From Octopus sinensis (Eukaryota), in the NCBI RefSeq assembly GCF_006345805.1, contig NC_042997.1:160890001-160954000 (forward strand): a DNA stretch of 64,000 nt. The letters are read 5' to 3'. The notes under the pieces are model-generated. The model was given only the letters and a program-made list of their open reading frames with translations, made no database searches and was not told the DNA's origin. Each line of letters opens with the position of its first letter. The stretch's first letter is position 1. Shown piece after piece: positions 39,464 to 49,806 of this stretch. Made by a program: the position numbers and the translations under genes.

Positions 39464-39815
39464 ATGTATTGTTTCGCAATTCGTCACTTCACTCGAAAAA
39501 CACCTCTTCTCAATATTTTCTCTATACTATTATTCCAAATGTGCATTGGCAGTAATGTAAATTTTAGAGAATATTATGGCACTCGTGTTCCACCTCCTGT
39601 AACTGCCATTCCAGAAGCTGATAAATTAATTCAAATGTCAAACATCAGATCAGAAACTGAGTGCTTTTCTATTTGTATGACATTTTCTAAATGTGGTATG
39701 ATCATTTACAGCGTTTCCGATGAAGTATGCATCGTGCGTAAAATCAAGCAATTACCTGGTACCTCATCATTCATCGACATTCCGGCAAATAGTATTTACA
39801 CCGTGCTTCAAGCTT
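39464..39815 (+). CDS. PAN/Apple plus C-type lectin secreted protein, exon 1 (signal peptide and PAN-like domain)
   Basis: ATG in AAATATG context; hydrophobic LLNIFSILLFQMCIG; ECFSICMTFSKCGMIIYSVSDEVC (C-x3-C-x5-C-x11-C); phase-1 donor T|GTAAGT at 39816. Confidence 0.8.
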
Positions 39816-39854
39816 GTAAGTAGTTTTCTTTTCCTAGTGTATGCGTTGTGTTTA

Positions 39855-41215
39855 TTATTATTTATTTTCCTTCTTTCTTCAAATTTTCTTCCATTTCTCA
39901 CCGAGTGTTTTCCGTACACCTAGGGCAGATAAGCTCATTGTATGCATTCCCAGATTACACACGCAAATTCATAGGTAAAATATGTATTAAAAAAATTAAT
40001 GAATAAATAAATTCATGAATGAATGGATGTTATTTTCACAGCGGTAATACTCTTCTCAGTACATGAGTAGTTCCAGTTAACACGATATGTTGCACCTTCT
40101 GTAGGGATGGTAAGCCTGGTATCATTTTCAAATAGGTTTCAGCACCTTTTTTTTTTATCATTCCTACAATCACTGGTACTGTAGTCGCCTCGAGATGCTA
40201 CATTTTTTCAATTTGTATTAGTAAGTCTATATATTTACTGATCTAGACAAATTCTTTCGCCGCTATATTGTGAGCACAAGGAATACTCATGTCAATTAAT
40301 AAACACACCTTTTTCGTCTGATCTTTTATAATATTATCCGGTTTATTAGCTTTTATAGTTTTGTCGGTACGAGGAAGTCCCAGAGAATCGACACATTTTC
40401 TCCCTAAGTCACAGCTTCAGGATGGTGTTTGTACCATTTGTCAGTGGTTTTGATTTTATAATGCCGACACATTGTCCAGTGTAAATACTGGCCGACTGTG
40501 TCATGTCTTGCTTTATATTCTACAGGTGTTAAGAGTCTACACCCTGAGATTAGGTGGTCTATAATTTCAGTCTCATCTTTACAGAATCGGTATTTTGGGT
40601 CATCTCCGTTTTTTATCACATTGGCTTGGTAGTTCTGGGTTAATAAGCTTTGGTCTTGAGCAGCTAATATGAAACTTTCACTCTCTGCTTTTAGCCCTGA
40701 GCTTCGTAACCATTGATGCGTGTGTTTCTGGTCGACATCACCTTGTTTGCTAGGGGCCACATACTTGACATGCAGAAGTTCTGTTCCCATCTGCTAGCTA
40801 ATTTTTCATGTGCTTTTGTCTTTGCAATTAATTTTATTTTCTTTGCGGCAGCAGTTGGCGCATTTCCTTCAACCCGATCAATCTCTCTTTCAGAATAGAG
40901 TGAAGTTTTGTCGATCTTTCATGTTTTTCAACAAGTTTTAGCATCCAATCGTTGGTTGTTTCAAGGTATTTGGCCAGTCCGATTGTGGTGGTTTTGTACG
41001 TAAGTTCAAACTAGATCAAGCTGGATCAAGTATTTTTACTATTGTTGAGTGAGAGAGCAGTGCATGCCCTCAACGTGACACTAAGGGGAAATATACAAAG
41101 CCCAGAATTCATATCATGACTACTCGTCTGATAAGGGTACACCAGGCACATGCATCACAGCCATATGCGCGCAACATGGTGATCTCATATCGAGACTAAC
41201 AGCTCATGGCCTTGG

Positions 41216-41217
<2 letters not shown>
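39855..41217 (-). mobile_element. R4/Dong-like RLE retrotransposon, internally deleted
   Basis: LKAESESFILAAQDQSL..YRFCKDETEIIDHLISGC..YKARHDTV..LHW (CCHC knuckle); WDF..PTDKTIKANKPD..LLIDMSIP (RLE). 41040-41217 is a presumed 5' UTR abutting (TAA)n. Confidence 0.85.
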
Positions 41218-41257
<40 letters not shown>

Positions 41258-41288
41258 GTTATTGTTGTTGTTGTTGTTGTTGTTGTTA

Positions 41289-41334
<46 letters not shown>

Positions 41335-41335
41335 C
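41217..41335. repeat. (TAT)n/(TGT)n trinucleotide microsatellite
   Basis: Direct reading. Confidence 0.98.
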
Positions 41336-41988
41336 ATTTTTCGTTTTGGGATTTGGTTTGCAAGATTCTTTATATGAGTTCGTGTGTTGAAGCATATTCT
41401 ATTGTGTCTGGGGAGAGTCATTTTCTTTTTGTGCCTTATTATGTAACACACTCACCGGTAAAATTTCCACGTTTTTCTTATTTTTATTTTCCTAAAATTT
41501 TCGTTGCGTCTTGCAACCTTTTCAATAGTTTTGACTGTGTCTGTTATTCACACTGCGTTCCCTTTTGTATGTTTGTGCACGTGTGTGTGGGTCATTGTGT
41601 GTGTGCCTATACATGCATGCATGCACGTATGTATGTATGTGTGTGTTTGCATATGTATGTATATATATATATATATATGTGTGTGTATGCATATGTATAT
41701 ATGTATGTGTGTGCATCTGTATGTACGTATCCTGCATATTTATGTGCTTGCATGTCCGTGTTTGTGTATTTTCTATGTATGTGTTTGTGAGCATGTGTTT
41801 GTATATGTATGCACCTCTGTTTGTCTCCTTGTTTGTGCATGTCTGTGTGTGTGTGTGTGTGTTATGCAACTATGTACCATGTTTGTATGTATGGATGTGC
41901 ATCTTTATATGTGTGGATCTGTGTCTTCCCCTGTGTCTGTTCATATAGTCTATATACCTATCCGTCTGTATATTGATATGTTTATTTA

Positions 41989-42139
41989 CATATCTATATG
42001 CTTACATACAGAAATAAAAAATAAAAATTAAAAAATTAAAAAAAAACAAATTTTTTAAGTGCATACACATGCACTTTTTTTGTTTTTTCATTTTTTTATT
42101 TAATATTTTTTAATTTCTGTATTTAAGCATATAGATATG
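41989..42139. repeat. ~150-bp hairpin
   Basis: CATATCTATATGCTTA..CAGAAAT mirrors ATTTCTG..TAAGCATATAGATATG; centre AAGTGCATACACATGCACTT. Confidence 0.75.
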
Positions 42140-42665
42140 TTCGGTGGTCAAGGTAAATAGCCAACTGTCGGAATCGTATAACATCGCCCATTCGGTCCGT
42201 CAAGGATGCCCACTCTCCCCCCTTCTCTACGTACTGTCACTCGAGCTATTACTGCTGAAGCTAGATATTTTGAGGGGCATCCCGCGCAAGCTAGGATGCA
42301 GAAGAGGCGTGTCAGCGTATGCGGCCGATGTCACCGTGAAAGTGTCGGATGTCTCTGAAATAGAGATGTTCGGCCCTACCCTAAGGGAATACGAAACAGT
42401 GACAGGAGCAATGATTAACCTGGAGAAATCAGTGGGCTTGCAGTTCGGCACCTGAAGAGACAGGTGCCTTGGTGCTAGGGACCCAAAGTGGATGAGATTG
42501 CTTTGGTTACCTCACGATGCCCCCCCCACCATTGGGGAATTATATATTGTTGTGTAATTTTCCTTGTTAATTGTTGTGTTTTGCTGCTTAAACGTATAAC
42601 CTCACTGCCCTTCGTCTGTGGATTGTCCATTATGTTTTGTGTTCAATCGTTATGACCAATAAAGT
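42140..42665 (+). mobile_element. Tx1/L1-like LINE fragment (RT core joined to 3' UTR)
   Basis: VKVNSQLSESY..SVRQGCPLSPLLYVLSLE..SAYAADVTV..YETVTGAMINLEKS; UTR ends AATAAAG then (ATT)n. Confidence 0.85.
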
Positions 42666-42669
42666 ATTA

Positions 42670-42731
<62 letters not shown>
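42666..42731. repeat. (ATT)n microsatellite between two LINE 3' ends
   Basis: Direct reading. Confidence 0.97.
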
Positions 42732-44105
42732 TGATGGAAACTGAGAATGCTGGATATGATGGAAAGTGTCAGGCTGCCCGCAGCCAGCAGACTAAGTTGA
42801 CACTTTTTTACTGGTCATACTTCAAGTACTTTGCGAAGAATTCTTGCAGTTCCAAAAAGGCTGATTTTTATAGGTATTTTACTTTTACATTTGTACCAGT
42901 GTTTTTAGCCATGCTGGTAGTTGAGCGCTTCCAAGTGCGCCATTTACTATTGATATCATGTCTGTACTCCTCATTGACCACAGCCTTCGTATTTACCACT
43001 TCAAATCATCGTAGTTGTTCAGTTTTTCTTCTTTCTCTTTGATCCTATTATCACTAGGACATACTATGTCGATTATCATGCAAGTTCTTTTTCTTCTTTT
43101 TTATTCATCCGGTTTCCAATGTCTGTTTAGGTGATCGCACGCAATCATTGCATCCCAGAGGATTCTGCAATCTTCATTCTCGGTGATTTCTTCTGGGGTT
43201 TGCTCATAATATGTCTTGGTTCTTTGTAGGCCGTGGTTTAAACAGAACTCCCAATGGATCGTTCCCGACACATCGTCATGTTGTCTTTTGTATTTACGTT
43301 GTGCCAATTTCGGGCATTCGCCAACGATGTGCCATATCGTTTCTTCACTCTCCCATACATTCTTCAGTTGTCGCTGATGGGAGTATATATTTCTTTACTA
43401 CCCACAAGGGCTAAACATAGAGGGGACAAACAAAGGGATTAAGTCGATTACATCGACCCAGTGCGAAACTGGTACTTTATTTATCGACCCCGAGAGGATG
43501 AAAGGCAAAGTCGTCCTCGGCGGAATTTGAACTCAGAACGTAACGACAGACGAAATACCGCTAAGCATTTCGCCCGGCGTGCTAACGTTTCTGCCAGCTG
43601 ATGGGAGTATAGTCGATTCAGCACTCCGCATGGTTAGTTCTTAACGCTTGTTCTTGTTCTGCGCTTATAAGTGCTTCTGTCTTTATCTTCAGGTCACTTC
43701 TTCTCACCCATAGCCAACGGTTCTCTGTATCCGTCTCAGTATTCGTACCTCTTGCAAACTAACCCTACACTTTCTTTTCCTTCCACGCTGTTTCTTTTTC
43801 TGTTCTTTTCCACGTTAAGCTTTCCTTTCTTCATACAATTTTCAGTTTTAATGCCGCCAGACTTTACATGTTTCAGCAATTGTCTCACGGTATCTTTTAT
43901 CTACCATCCTAAGTTGTTTTTCTCTATTTCGATACAATCCTGGCAACTGATCAAACCTCTCCCACACCTTCTTCTGGACAAGTACAGCCTATCGGATTCA
44001 CTCTTAGAGTGGAAGGCTCCGGGCACTGTCAACATTTTTCTTGTCTTCGTATCTATGTGCATCAGTTCTTTCTTTTGTCAGCTTATGCATCCAGCTCCAT
44101 GTTCT
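42732..44105 (-). mobile_element. R4/Dong-like retrotransposon 3' fragment, interrupted by a SINE
   Basis: IDTKTRKML..DRLYLSR..GRGLI..KTEALI..EQALRTN; GESEETIWHIVGECPKLAQRKYKRQHDDV..HWE; RILWD..KPD; GTARILRKVLEV*; 3' UTR runs into (TAA)n. Confidence 0.88.
43388..43599 (-). mobile_element. SINE family A inserted in the R4/Dong element, with TSD
   Basis: Reverse complement of family A; GATGGGAGTATA (up to GCTGATGGGAGTATA) duplicated on both sides. Confidence 0.92.
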
Positions 44106-44420
44106 CAGTTGAACATATTTCTACTCCTCTGTATCACCCAAGGTCTAACGGGCAAGCTGAAAAGTTCGTAGATACATTTAAAAGAGCATTAAGGAAATCA
44201 AGAAACGTACTAGTCGATGACGCGTCCTTGACGCAATTCTTAAGGGCTTATAGGATAACACCAAACCAAAATGCTTTTCAGGCAAATCGCCTGCAGGATT
44301 AATGTTTGTTCGGAAAATAAAGTCAATTTTCCACAAGCTGCTACTTGTAAGACAAAAAATAGGGAAATCACTAAAATATGACAAAGTCATTTAATATCGG
44401 TGCCAAAGTGTTTATCAAAA
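44105..44420 (+). mobile_element. Gypsy-like LTR retrotransposon integrase fragment
   Basis: HISTPLYHPRSNGQAEKFVDTFKRALRK..FLRAYRITPN.. then LMFVRKIKSIFHKLL in another frame. Confidence 0.85.
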
Positions 44421-45379
44421 TATATAAGAATGGAAGACAAGGTTGAGAAGACGGAGAAGTAACAAAAGGAATAGGCAAAATGTCATATGATAAGAGGCGA
44501 AAAATGAGAACACAAAATGCATTTAAACCAACTAAAAAAATAGATATACGGGAAAAAGCGTGTGTGTGTTTGCACGAATGTTTATATTCCAGGTCTTGAC
44601 ATGAGAGCGTCGAGTGAAAATCTCTGTCGTTCGTTGGTCTCGGTATAACTTCTAATAAGTATATAGAGAGTGGTTCACTTTGGTCCCTTTGAATATGCAT
44701 CAATTATTGCTACTTTTAATAAGTTTGGATTCACTCAGAATCCAAATGATAGGAAAGAATCACTTTGAAATATTTTCATTTTTATACAAACGGTACTGGT
44801 TATAGGGAACCGTCCTGATGAGTTAACACCACACTTGTTCTCTATTTTCTATCAGAGTTAAAAACTTTGATTATTCTACATCCCCGTTCATACAATTATC
44901 CACGAATTCGGTACACTGTAATGTTTCCTTTTAATAATCTACCCACACACTATGCCAGTTCAGTTGCCGCCAGCAGACTTTCACTACTGTTTTCTTTTAC
45001 AAGTAAAACCCTATGAGCTTTTTCTGTGAGTCTTTTAGTCTTCAGATAGATTATTGTGGCCGAGATATTAATATATCTTCGTGCTCAGAGTCAATGTTAG
45101 GGTATTATGAAACTTCAAAAGTTGTCCTGAAGCGTCATCTAGGTTATTTCACATGCTAGAAATAGGCAAACGTCTTGTTGAGAATTTTCTAATCAAGATG
45201 ATTGGTGAGAAATTGAAGTCCATAAATGATCATCACTTTAATGGAAGTTTCTCAATCAGCAATAGTTAGAAATTATACTAGAAATTAGAACAACATTATG
45301 GCGTATAACGAAATTTCAAGACATTTTAGTCATAAGTATGTCTTGTAAGAAGTAAGGTCTGCATGCTTGTTCCTTCGCT

Positions 45380-45600
45380 AGCCATGCTTGGCTCATAAGG
45401 GCCGGTTTTCCGGTTTCATTTGCGTATAGGTTCCCCACTGGACAGGACGCCGGTCCGTCGCAGGTGAGCTGCTACGTGCAGGAGGAAAGAATGAGAGAAA
45501 GTTGTGGCGGAAGAGACAGCAGAAGTTCGCTATTACCTTCTGCAGGAGCCGCGTATGAGGTGAGAAGTATGAAAATAGGTGAGTTTAGCACTAGCTTATT
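45380..45600 (-). mobile_element. SINE-like repeat, 3' part (further family)
   Basis: GCGACGGACCGGCGTCCTGTCCAG..GAAACCGGAAAACCGGCCCTTATGAGCC tail typical of invertebrate SINEs; family not determined. Confidence 0.5.
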
Positions 45601-45937
45601 AGTTTACATTTATAACCTCGATGACTGGATTATCGTCTGGTCACCTTGTCTTGTTGAATTTTGATGAATAAATAAATTGTCACATGGGTGTTGGAGAGAT
45701 TGCTCTAGAAAAGAAAATTCTAGAATGAGATTTATTGTGTGTGCAAAACCAAAACTGAAGTGAAGTGTGTGTGTGAATTCTAATTGCCACAGTGCAGTTA
45801 CAAATAATTTTCAATTGAGGTGTACTGGTTAAGAGAAGATAAGTCAGTCAATAGCTAATAGTGACCTGAAATTAACATAAATGAATACTTTTCGAAATGA
45901 TCTAACACATGAGATATATTTTCTTGTCTTCCTATAG

Positions 45938-46117
45938 CTGAATGTCCGACGTCAGCCGGCTACATTTATCGACCAGAATTTAGATTATGCTTTCAAATAG
46001 GTTCTAAGGAAGTTACATGGGCTGAAGCCGCTGACAATTGCAATAACGATCGGGGACGACTTATCCACATTAAAAATTTGGAAGTGAACGACTATCTCAG
46101 AACACTAATAGGATCGA
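45938..46117 (+). CDS. PAN/Apple plus C-type lectin protein, exon 2 (CTLD N-terminal half)
   Basis: TTTTCTTGTCTTCCTATAG| acceptor and A|GTGAGT donor; 180 bp, phase 1-1, open: (S)ECPTSAGYIYRPEFRLCFQIGSKEVTWAEAADNCNNDRGRLIHIKNLEVNDYLRTLIGS. Not in the supplied ORF track. Confidence 0.9.
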
Positions 46118-46544
46118 GTGAGTAATATACATTTTATACACAAACGCATACTCATAAACACAAACACACATATGCACTTCTCCCCCGCCTCTCTCTCTCT
46201 CTCTGACACACATACACTTAAAGCTGTATCTAATATAATAAGCGATAACTATTTAATGATATACATACGTTAAATTTTTACTATTTTTTAACATTGTTAT
46301 AATTTTCCTTTGATATTATTGTCTGCTATCTGAAGAATTTAAGTCTTTTACGATGATAAAATATAGAAGTTATAGAGAATATAGCAAGTTTAGTCATTTA
46401 AATTCATACATATATATTTAAAGAATTAAATTATGTCATTATTTATTGTCAATACGTTTCAAAAGAAAATGTCTTTGCCTTTAAAAAGTATTCAAGTAAA
46501 CAATTATTTTAGATCTTGTTTTATGTCTTGCACCTAATATTTTG

Positions 46545-46592
46545 GGAATACTAGGTATTTCGGGAATACTAGGTATTTCGGGAATACTAGGC
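46545..46592. repeat. 18-bp tandem repeat, about 2.7 copies
   Basis: GGGAATACTAGGTATTTC units. Confidence 0.9.
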
Positions 46593-46619
46593 TTAATATT
46601 GTGCTGCAGATAAAACATT

Positions 46620-46720
46620 GTTCTATAAAATAAGTACCAATTGAAGACTGGGGTTGATATAATCAACTTACCTCCTCCACCTGAAATTGCTGGCCTTACG
46701 CCAAAATTTGAAATCAATAT
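46620..46720 (+). mobile_element. Degenerate SINE 3' part related to the family A core
   Basis: ATAAAATAAGTACCAATT..CTGGGGTTGATATAATCAACTTA. Confidence 0.6.
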
Positions 46721-47400
46721 CAAAAAATGACAGCAAAGCTACGAGTTGGCAAGATCATTAGCAAGCCGGGTAAAATGATTTAGCCAGCTAGTGTTGGCCA
46801 ATCCCAAGATTGTGCCTAGTCAACACCATCCTTGCGAGCACTTCCTTTTCCAGGGCTCAAACGACCCGATCCACAACCACCTGAAGCAAATTCTGCTGTC
46901 TTCAATCCTAACATAAATACTACTACACATAAATCATTCAACCACGGTAATGGTTGAATATATTCTGAAGTCCACTTTTTCGTCAATCGCAGCAGCTTCC
47001 AAGCTCCACCATTAATTCAGTTCTCAACTAAATTGCAAACTGTTAACAGTTTTAAAGAAGACACCTCCTCAGTTACACTTTGGTATAAATAGTTTGAGAT
47101 TTGTATTAGTAGAAAAAAAGTTACATAAAAAAATCTGCGACCTCAAGGGGGGGGGGCAGTAATTCCCCTTCAATTAACATAAACTTTTTAATTTTAAAAT
47201 AAAATTATTCTTTTCTTAGGCTTAAATGGTAGAAAAATGTATGCAGGATTCAGAATTGTTAGTCGCATTGAACAAAAGTTAGTAGAAGGAAAGTTATGGG
47301 GTGAAATGCCACGATAAATCGTGTCAGTAAGAGAGTAAGGAAGTAACGCTTAGCAATAAGAATAAAGAATATATTACTAAAATGAATGCTTCCTGCCCAA

Positions 47401-47500
47401 GGCAGCGAGCTAGCAGAAACGTTAGCGCGCCTGGTGACATGCTGAACGGTATTTCACCTGTGTTTACATTTTGAGTTCAAATTCCGCCGAGGTCGATTTC
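47401..47500 (+). mobile_element. SINE family A, 5' fragment
   Basis: GGCAGCGAGCTAGCAGAAACGTTAGC..GAGTTCAAATTCCGCCGAGGTCGA. Confidence 0.8.
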
Positions 47501-47625
47501 GGATCTAGTCAATTTGACGTACAGATTTTTTTCCGATACTAGAACAATGTGTCACGTACAACAGGGTTTATTCTTAACGTTTTTGACAAAATTTTGTATT
47601 TTAGAAGTTATTTCGTCACAAGTTA

Positions 47626-47948
47626 AAGACTCCGCCGGTTACGACGACGAGGGTCCCAGGTGATACGATCAACGGAACAGCTTGCTCGTGAAATTAACGT
47701 GCAAATGGCTGAGCATTCCACAGACACGTGTACCCTTAACGTAGTTCTCGGGGATAATCAGCGTGACACAGAGAGTGACAAGGCTGACCCTTTGAAATAC
47801 AAGTACAACTCATTTTTGCCAGCTGAGTGGACTGGAGCAACGTGAAATAAAGTGTCTTGCTCAAGGACACAACGCGTCGCCGGGAATCGAACTCACAACC
47901 TTACGATCATGAGCCGAATGCCCTAACCACTAAGCCACGCGCCCTCAC
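47626..47948 (-). mobile_element. tRNA-derived SINE family C with 13-bp TSD
   Basis: A-box TGGCTTAGTGG and B-box GAGTTCGATTCC; TCGTCACAAGTTA at 47613-47625 and 47949-47961. Confidence 0.93.
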
Positions 47949-48249
47949 TCGTCACAAGTTACAGAGTGACAATGGACAAATTTGTGTTTGATAAGTGCCA
48001 ATACACGAAACTCAGCTTTTGATTTATTCTCTAACTTCTGACGATGATATATATGCATGTTATACATATATATGTAAAAAATATCATCACACAATCAGAC
48101 CAATGAAAGAGCCTCTACTTAGTCGCTCGACACGCTAAAAATAGCAACCAATGATTCCCCCTACCCAGTATTTTATAAGGTAAAATCCTAAATTATTAAT
48201 TGACACATTATTAATTATCTTATAACAGCAATACCTGGAAAAATCATGG

Positions 48250-48762
48250 ATTACATGGAAAAATGCGCACAGGAAAAGTAATATTCTTAAGATTATAAAC
48301 CTGGAAAAGTACAGGACAGGTTATTACACCTGTAAAAGTACAGAACAAACTATTTCTTCAAGTAAAGTGAAAAATAAGAAACTTTTTACTTAAAATATTG
48401 CAGCTAAAATTAAAATTGAATATTAGAAAATATTTTATTATAGTTTACAAATAACTCTATACTTATTTAAGTAGAATTTGGCTTAAATACAGAAAAAAGT
48501 GACTAATTAGACAAACTTACAAATTAGCTGAACAGTTTGTTTTGTATGATAAATTTAAAATTTGAGAACTGTAAAGATTGATAAATTAGAAGAACTGACA
48601 TTTTTTTGCTGCAATATTTTAAGTAAAAAGTTTATTATTCTTTACTTTACTTGAAGTTATAGTTTGTCCTATACTTTTATAGGTGTAATAACTTGTTCTG
48701 TACTTTTCCAGGCTTATAATCTTAAGAATATTACTTTTCATGCTCGCATTTTTCCATGTAAT
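48250..48762. mobile_element. MITE with ~155-bp TIRs
   Basis: TTACATGGAAAAATGCG..AAAGTAATATTCTTAAGATTATAA..CCTGGAAAAGTACAG..TACTTAAAATATTGCAGC mirrored at the right end. Confidence 0.85.
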
Positions 48763-49691
48763 AATACATTTCTAAAGCTGTACGTTGCATTAAGCTTTAA
48801 AAAATGATTATATCGTAAATATTTGATTGTCTTATAATTTATAATTCTATATTGAAATACATTGCTGATTATTCTCTTTGGAATGAACATTTTACAGCTA
48901 GGTACAACTTTATTAAAGCGTTATGGTAACTCTGCATTATTGTAAAATTTAAGGAATGTAATTGATACAAACATTTGCTGTACTTTAGCAAATTTAGAAA
49001 AGCAAAAGCATTATTTTCTTTTATAAAGAAGATCTATTCTGTTCTCCGTCTTTTAATATAATCATCTCATTTATTGACAATGGGAAAATCATACACAGTA
49101 AAAGTTATTAGACGATTATATTTTTTCCATGCATATCTTGTATAAATATTGTTCTCGCCTACTTCGATAGCCCACTAGTTTCCGAGTATCTAGATATGCT
49201 GATTTCTGTTATTTGCTCAAAACAAAATCTATAAAATCGACACTTGTAGAATACTACTAGTTATTTTATCGACACTAGCAGGATGAGAAATCAAATTTTG
49301 AATTCGATTTACACCACATCGTCAAATTAGAATGCAAAAATCCGTGGTCAAATGATGTAACGTTTTACCCCCAATTCAGTCGCTTCTCTCCCCACCACAT
49401 CACTTCTGCTTAGTCCCATATTTCCAATTCCTTAATTATGATATAATTAAAAGATTTTGTCCGGTATGGCATCACTTCATTGACTGAAACCAGTATATGT
49501 GAAAGGGTATATTTTTAGTTTTCTTTTGTTTCAAGCAGGTTGTTTTGAAACGCTTTTATTACCATGGAAACCATAGAAATGAGTTTTGAGTCTCTGAAAA
49601 TAGAAACATTGTGAGCATACTTTTACCGAATTATAGCTAAAACTCTGTCAATTTTATTTTCAAACGTTGCCAGTCCATACGCCCCCCACGC

Positions 49692-49714
49692 ATATATATA
49701 TATATATGTATATA

Positions 49715-49800
<86 letters not shown>
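49692..49800. repeat. (TA)n microsatellite flanking the palindrome
   Basis: Direct reading. Confidence 0.98.

Positions 49801-49802
<2 letters not shown>

Positions 49803-49806
<4 letters not shown>

Noticed and set aside
43671-44171. 166-aa plus-strand ORF
   Set aside because: Antisense shadow of the minus-strand R4/Dong remnant.
47870-47948. tRNA-like sequences here and at 58072-58140 and 32455-32530
   Set aside because: They are SINE heads followed by SINE bodies and, in one case, a TSD; no complete cloverleaf.
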